DNA of 64,000 nucleotides from Octopus vulgaris. Taxonomy: Eukaryota. A program made the translations under genes and the position numbers. Positions 56,567-64,000 of the stretch are shown one piece after another (the stretch's first letter is position 1; every line of letters begins with the position of its first letter). The stretch spans positions 41,106,001 to 41,170,000 of the forward strand of contig OX597826.1 of NCBI GenBank assembly GCA_951406725.2. The letters run 5' to 3'. The notes under the pieces were generated by a model. That model was not told the DNA's origin, made no database searches, and saw only the letters and a program-made list of their open reading frames with translations.

Positions 56567-57699
56567 TTAAATTAAATTTTTTCTTCTTTTTATTCCTATA
56601 CCTCCCATTTGTTAAGTAATTCCCTTCTTATCCCTCAACTCCCCTCTCACTTCATTTTCCTTCACCTCACTCTCACCTTCACCTGCTTCTTTTCCTCATT
56701 CCATTTCTCTTTACTTCTACCTCTCTCATCCAGTTTCTCTCTCCCACCACTTCTTTTATATGTATGAAACTCTCATGATCCTGTGCCCCCTATCAGTTGC
56801 AGCCAAGTTTTTCTAACTTAAAGGATGTAAAATTCTACTGGTCTCTCTTTAATTTCTCTCCTGTCAACTTTCTCTGAAGAAGGACTGTTCAAAACATTGG
56901 ATTTTCCACTCCCCAAGGCAAATCCTCTTTCTTCTTTTTGTTAATTTTCATATATATTTATATATGTATGTTTATATGTATGTGTGTGTGTGCACATACA
57001 TATTTAAGTAAGGTATAGTATTCATGAATTCATATACTCCTGGACCACATACATACAAGCAGGTTGGAAAGTAAATAAGGTGATTCTAAGTAGTACTGAG
57101 CACATCAGCTGTAATCTGCCATAAGATTCTGGTGTTTTCCTCCTTTATCTTTCCTTTGTCTCTCAATTTCAAATGATGATTTAAAATCTTAGGCGTGGTT
57201 TCACCAAAGTCTCAAAAACTATTGGAAGAACATTTGGAATAGGAGGCATTTTCTTTCCAAGCTGTAGTGCAGCATTCAGTCTATTATTAACTATTAGAAC
57301 AAAATATTTCTTTTCCTCTACAGCGTCAAGGTTATGTTCTTTTGTTAGTTAAGATTATTTTGGATTGCTTAAGCTAAAATATAAGCAAACATAAAGATAA
57401 ATGATACCAATTAGACATTCTTTATGTGTCTGACCTTTTCAAAATAGTTGCCAAATCTTCCTCTGCTCACACCACACCATCTTTTAGAAAGCGGTAAGAC
57501 ACATTGCACAGTGTAGTCTTAGATAGCATTCCCCACCTCAAAAACAACAGGTTGGTCATGTCTGAGAGGAATCATAGGCCTGCTCAATGAGAGTCAGCCC
57601 AGTGCTAAACAACAACAACAATAACACTGATGTTTACTACACATCATTTAAGCACTTTCAATGTCATCCACCCTAATGTTGATGCTAAGGGGGAGCCAC

Positions 57700-58175
57700 T
57701 TGTACTTTTAATAGTGCTGGTTGAAATAATGGTATTTAGTGACCTTTGTGGTGATGGTGGCAGCCATAATTATGGTCAGATTGCAGTGATGACATGGCAG
57801 AATGTGATGGTGGTGGTGGTGGTGGTGCCATTGATGTTGGTGATGAAGGAGATGGTGGTGAGGGAGATGTTGGTGTTATGATAATAACAGTGTTTTGGTG
57901 ATGAGTTGTGACAGTGGAAATGAAGGTGATGTTAGGAGTGATGTTATTTCTGTTGTTGTTGTTGTTGTTGTTTTTGCGGTGGTGGTGGTAGTCGTGGTGG
58001 TAACGGTGAAGTTGATGATGATTGTAGTATTGATTTGTTACGTATTTTTGGTAGTGGTGATGGTGTGGCTGTTGTGTTGTCAGTGGTGCTAGTTTAAATG
58101 ATGAGGTGGTGGTAATGATAATTGCGTTAATATTGTTAGTGATTGTGGAGATGCTTGTTGATATTGTTGTCATTA
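57700..58175. repeat. Degenerate (GGT/GTT/GAT)n low-complexity tract
   Basis: Direct inspection. Confidence 0.85.
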
Positions 58176-58288
58176 TTTAATACCATGTCAGCTCTGATCA
58201 GTGTGTATAATTAAGGATGCTCCAGACATTTTCATGCCATCTTTTTTTCATACATGTTTCTAATACTGGTGGAGTTCTGGTTTAAATA

Positions 58289-58703
58289 CCCCATATAACC
58301 CCTCATAACTTTTTTTTATTTTTGGGAATTTTCAGAATTTATACAATTATGCAAAAGCAAGAAAACAAAATTTTGTGTCTGATTTAAGGGTTATTTACCC
58401 ATTATTTTTAGCATATCTCATGACAACCTGATACCTTCCTCATTTCTTTGTCTCTCTGACATATTGATGTTTTTCAATGTGTTTCTCCCCTTAAAGAAAT
58501 TTAATGGTCCATTGCCAGGATTTAAGCAAAAAAATTTGGACTGTCTGTATTTTAAACCCTGATTTAAAAAAAAAATTTAATTTTAAAAATTACAAAAAGA
58601 TATTTTTTTCATAATTGTATGAATTCCTGTGTGTAGAACACAAATACACAAATATTTTCAGAAAATTCCAAAAGATAAAAAAGTTATGAGGTGTTATATG
58701 AGG
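58289..58703. mobile_element. MITE with long terminal inverted repeats
   Basis: CCCCATATAACCCCTCATAACTTTTTT..GGAATTTTC vs GAAAATTCC..AAAAAAGTTATGAGGTGTTATATGAGG. Confidence 0.65.
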
Positions 58704-59509
58704 AACAGAATTCTGCTCATATTAGGTTATATTATCAATATGTCATTCGTTTAAGACAGTAATGAATGATTTGAGAAGTGTTTGACTGCTATTTCTAGCA
58801 GTTCCCTTGACCACACAGAAGCATTGTTCAATCCACTTGCTCATTGGATTAATGTAGAAGTGGCTGAGTACATTAAGGATACTCAGCTATGGATAATACC
58901 CTTGATATAATCCTCAGGCAGAATCATTGTGATTCAGTTAGTGAGAAAGCTGGGCCTTTAAATTGCAGGTACAATCCACCTGAAGGGCTTCTACACAGTT
59001 TCCATCTAACCAATTTTACTCACAAGATATAGGTCATATGGGTCAACTGGAGGCTATGGTAAAAGACACTTGGCCAAGATGCTATGCAGTAAGATTGAAC
59101 TGGGAACAAAAAACAAAAACATATTTCTTAAACTTTCGTAAATGCTGTTCCTGGCTGAGTAGATTTATGCTCCAAGGCATTCCAACCATGACCATCCTGT
59201 CATTTTCATATATGCAGAGAACCCAGGATCACATTGTCATTGTGTAGAGTATTACTTGAGGGACACGTGGTTTGCTATTTCTAGCAGATTGAGTGACTAC
59301 ATAGTGACTCCCACAATGGGGGAGTACATTGTTGTTGTTGGTGGGGGGGGGTCAATAAAAATGAGAAAAACGAATCCTTCTGACAAAATTACATAGTTTA
59401 ACAATTGACCTTCTCTACTTATGTTCCCCACCTTCAACCTTTCATAATAATCTTTACTCTCAAAATATAGGTTGTCCATTCTAGGACATGGCCCTCCCAA
59501 CAACCCAGT

Positions 59510-59970
59510 TCTACTCTCCCTCATCTGATTGCTCTGCTCTCTCTCTCCCTCTCCATCCCCCCCCCCACACATACACACTTCAATTTTCCCTCCTTGTATT
59601 TGGCCTGTACAACTCACTTTCCTTCCCTGCATCTATTATCCGCTATCTTTCTTCTCTTTCTCTCTCTCTCTCTTTCCTTTATCTTCCATAAATTTCAACC
59701 CCTACCTCTGCCATCCTTCATTACACTTTCCTCTCAACTCTTACCTTACTCTCATTCAGTCTCTCTCTCTCTTTCCCTCTCTCTCTCTTCCCCCACCTCT
59801 CTCTCCCTGCTCTTACTGTTCTTTACTTTTCTATCTCATCTCTTATTACTTTCATTCTCTCCTCCTTTCTCTCTCCCTCTCATTTTCTCTTCAATCTCCT
59901 TTACCTGCAATAACACTTATATATTCTCTCCTTTCTCTTTCTTAATTTCCCATTTTCTCTTTCTCCCACT
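59510..59970. repeat. CT-rich polypyrimidine low-complexity tract
   Basis: Direct inspection. Confidence 0.85.
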
Positions 59971-61125
59971 GATTTAAAAATTTAAAAAAACGCTATAAAA
60001 GCTAATGAACAACACAAAACAAATTTATAAACTGGCCCACTTCAAAGCAATTTGTTATAGTTATGATTGCTGTTTCTATAAATTTTATCATCATCGTCAT
60101 CATCATCATCAGTCTATTTTCCACACTGATGTGGTTAGACAAGTCTCAGAGCGTCTTGCCAACCATTTGTTGTGGTCATCCACCACTTGCTACATAAAAC
60201 CACATGGAAATCCTACCAACTTAGTTTTCATGTATATCATCATCCTTTAACATCTGTTTTCCATGCTGGCATGGGTTGGATGGTTTGATAGGAGCTGGTA
60301 AAGCTGGGGGCCACACCAGACTCTATTGTCTGTTCTGGCATGGCTTCTGTCTGGATGGCCTTGCTAATGCCAACCACTTTACAGAGTGTGTTGGGTGCTT
60401 TTATGTGGCACTAGCACCAGTGCTTTTTATATGGCACCAGCACTACTATCAGTTCTGCTGTGGTGGATGGGTCTTCTTGAGAACAGCAAGGCCCTTCATA
60501 TCACAAGCCCCTGTCATCTCCATAAGGCTCAGTGTCTTGAAATCAGCCTTCAATACTTAGCCCCATGTCTTCCTGGGTTTCCCTCTTCCACAAGTTCCTT
60601 CGAATTATGTGTATATATTTTTTTCATAGGTGGGGAGTGGGCATAGATTCTTGTATGCCCTTCCTACCCATAATTATTTAATTATAAATTATTGTTTGGT
60701 ATTGGCGGAAAAGTTTGGTAGAATGTTGAAGAAAACATCTGACATTGAATTAGGCTTCTTTATATTTTTGAGTCAAATCTTGCTAATGTTAACATTCCCT
60801 TTATTCTTTTGGGGATTGATATAGTAAGTACCAGTGAAGCACTGGAATTTGTATAATCAACTATAACCTGTGTTGCTCCCTCTAAAAAAACACATTCTGC
60901 TCTGTGCCTATATTAGGAATCACTGCTTTTATGAGCAGACATTTTTTAACTCATTGTAGAGAAAATTGGATTTAGCATGGTTTACTTGATGGAAAGCAAG
61001 ATTTTACTTTCTAGTTAACAAGATACTAAGAAATGTTTGAGTGCTGCCCCCCATCTCCTTATGATTTGTCTTTAGGCATATCTCATATTTTATAATCTAT
61101 GAACATTTCCTTATTTATGTTTTAA

Positions 61126-62420
61126 CTAGCAGTAATACTCATTGTTGATCGGGTTATTACTTTTACCATTTCTCAGGAGCCACATTAAAAGTATTATGAT
61201 ATATATATGTAAAATTTATTCTTCCTGTATGTGTGTATTTTTATAAGAGAAAAACATGTAATAATTGAACCAGAAAAAAAGATCAATTTCATACATGAAC
61301 TTCTGTTTGTTTATTATATGATAATAATGAGTTGTATGTGTTATTTTATTTATCAATACTATAATGGCAATTATATAATACAGTTCATTTAAATAGGTAA
61401 TTTAGTCATTCTTGAATGTAATGATAGTAATGGCAAATTAAGTTGCTGAAATATTCATATTGCATTAAAAGTAAATGAGTAAAAAGATTTGTTTTTCATC
61501 CCACACATGATGCTCCTATAAAGTTGGCCATGTGAAAAGCATGGGTCTTCAAGTTGTAATCCAGCAACTTTTAGTATTTGGCCCTGACTTTTATTAATGC
61601 TCATGACATAAGAAAGTGAGATAGGAAACTGTAACCGCTTAAATTGGAATGGGACATTAGATGGTATAACTGGTATGTGAGGAATGAAGACAGTGTCACC
61701 TTTACCACAACCAGTGAGAATATTTGCCTCAATGCAGTTCATCATAAGTTTGTGCACATTTAATTTTGTACCATTGTATAATTTTGGTTGAGACAAATTA
61801 TGCAATAACATAATAGGAGTCTCTTTTCTCAAGTGAAGACAATGAGGAACTGTACCTGGTAGTTCTAGTGAGTTCAAAATTTCAATGGGGTAGTTAACAA
61901 TATCTTGATCATCAACAACATTGTCAATTGAGTTATAAGTAAATATTTCTCCTGGAAATTTATTCAATAGCATATTATTAATGCTATGTACAGCAACATT
62001 TTTTGGAATTAAGATAGCTCGCTCACAGATCTAATTTGTATTGTTGTAATTATGAAAAAGATTAGGAAAGATTTCATCCACCAAATCATCAATGGAATCA
62101 TATTGGATTGAGTGTAAGAAACTGTTCTTCATCAATTGGAAGTCTCCCTTCACTGAGTTTCAAAAGCTGCTCTGCAAATAGTTCAACTGATTGATGTCTT
62201 GAAAGCCTTGATCTCATATTAATTGAAGTAGAAAAAAGATCAACTTCATACATTAACTTTTGTTTGTTTATTATGACAATAATAAGTGAGCTGTATGTGT
62301 TATATTTATGAATACAGTAATGGTAATTATATGAACAGTCCATTTAAATAGGTAATTTACTCATTCTTGAAGAACTTCATGCTTGAAATCTTCGGCAAGA
62401 TCATTTCTGAACTTATTCCA
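61126..62420 (-). mobile_element. Helitron relic: Pif1-like helicase C-terminus and intact 3' end
   Basis: ORF 61455-61973 with QFPISLSYVMSINKSQGQ and FSHGQLY; INMR motif in ORF 62098-62343; 3' hairpin GTAATAACCCG..TGAGTATTAC followed by CTAG|T at 61126. Confidence 0.9.
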
Positions 62421-62851
62421 CGTTTACCTACTTCTTAATTTTTGAGAATAATAGCAAAAATACATCTTAAACAGCAAACTAATTAACTGCTATAAATTCT
62501 ATATTGGTGATAATTAAGAGTGGGGGGTTGTATATGTTTATGTGTGACAAAGACACAGTTTGTATCTTTACCTCTTGGTTATCAATTTAAGACCTTGATA
62601 GATATTGAAAGTTTGAAAAAGTGACAGAAATAACGTCCATAATAATATTAGTTTCTAATTTTGGTACAAGGTCAGTGATTATATGAGGAGGGTGTTAGTT
62701 AATTCTAGTATTTGACTGTTGTTTTATTTTATTGACCTCCAGAGGAATGAATGACCTCTGTGAGATTTGAACTCAGAATGTAAAGAGTGGAAGCAAAATA
62801 CTACAAGCACTTTTTCCAAAAGCATTTCTGCTAATCAAACAACTCACTGCC

Positions 62852-62865
62852 ATTATCATTATTAT

Positions 62866-62941
<76 letters not shown>

Positions 62942-63022
62942 GCTGCTGCTGTTGTTGTTGTTATTGTTATTATTGTTGTTGTTATTATTATTATTGTTGT
63001 TGTTATTGTTATTATTATTATT
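62852..63022. repeat. Compound trinucleotide microsatellite (CAT/TAT/TGC/TGT) abutting a SINE (63024-63235, +)
   Basis: Direct inspection. Confidence 0.9.
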
Positions 63023-63868
63023 AAGGTGGTGAGCTGACAGAATTGTTAGCAGGCTGGGCAAAATGCTTAGCATGTCATCTGTCTCTATGTTCTGAGTTCA
63101 AATTCCACCAAGGTCGACTTTGCTTTTCATCCTTTCAGGGTTGATAAAATAAATACCAGTCGAGCAATGGAGTCGACGTAATTTACTAGTTCCCTACCCC
63201 AAAAATTTCAGGCCTTGTACCTATAATAGAAAGGATTATTATTATTATAATTATAATGATTTTTTTTTCTACTATAGGCACAAAGCCTGAAATTTTGGGG
63301 GAAGGTGCTAGTTGATTACATCAACCTCAGTATGTGACAACATCAATATTTATACAGTGCAGAGAGATCACACCACTTGCAACAGCTGACTATGAAATGA
63401 TGAAAGACTATAATAATAATAAGTGATGCTGTAATTTTCTTCAAGCTAAAACACTGCAAATGAAAAAGTAGAAAAATATCTCAAAATACATTGATTAAAG
63501 AGTAGAAATATCAATGTCCAGCAGTAAAAGTGAAAGTTATACCAGTTATCATTAGAGCATGAGATTTAATCCCCAAAAAACTATCATATTGTCTAGACTG
63601 GTTGCACGATGAAAGAAATGTGAGTGTTCCAAAATCTGCCTTTCTTGGAATGTGTTATATTCTTAGAAAGGTACTTTTGCTTTAAGGCCTTTTGTTAAAG
63701 CTTGACTGTTAACATGAAGAAGAAAAACCCAACAAAATGCAGTATTTTATATCCATTCTCTTTGATGGAATAATAATAATAAAAGTAGTTTCTTTACCAT
63801 TAAACATTGACAAAAGCATTGGGAATAAATCCAACAAGGCTGATATTGTTATCAATCATCATGAAGGA

Positions 63869-63904
<36 letters not shown>

Positions 63905-64000
63905 TATGTTATTACCTTCCTGAAGAAACATTTCTATTCAAAGAGAAACTGGAGATGGAAATCAGCAGGATGTGGAATATGAAAAGTGAAATAATACCAC

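Noticed and set aside
57630-58173. His/Asn/Thr- or Val-rich ORFs
   Set aside because: Degenerate trinucleotide low-complexity sequence.
59488-59977. Leu/Ser/Phe-rich ORFs
   Set aside because: Translation of a CT-rich low-complexity tract.
62767-63073. Poly-H/Y/C and poly-N/D ORFs
   Set aside because: Compound trinucleotide microsatellite next to SINEs.

Overview
AT-rich, microsatellite-saturated eukaryotic (metazoan) DNA. The SINE, RTE and Penelope repertoire resembles an octopus/cephalopod genome; this is my recognition, not verified. Only one host coding exon is confidently recognisable: the first coding exon of a PGAP2/Frag1-family gene (minus strand, 13334-13525), so 1-13333 is probably intron. 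Almost everything else is repeat: several tRNA-derived SINE families, RTE fragments and RTE-tailed elements, a near-complete CR1-type LINE inside a Tc1 transposon, mariner/Tc1/hAT/Helitron relics, TTAA and hAT MITEs, and many Penelope-like (PLE) relics forming large fold-back inverted repeats beside (TA)n arrays. The most interesting signal is RNA-level. About ten hammerhead-ribozyme (HHR)-like motifs occur, including several with a U3-A8 core (UUGANAA) in place of CUGANGA, one with a very long stem II, and one forming the 3' part of a tRNA-headed SINE-like element. Most ORFs in the track are microsatellite or antisense artefacts.
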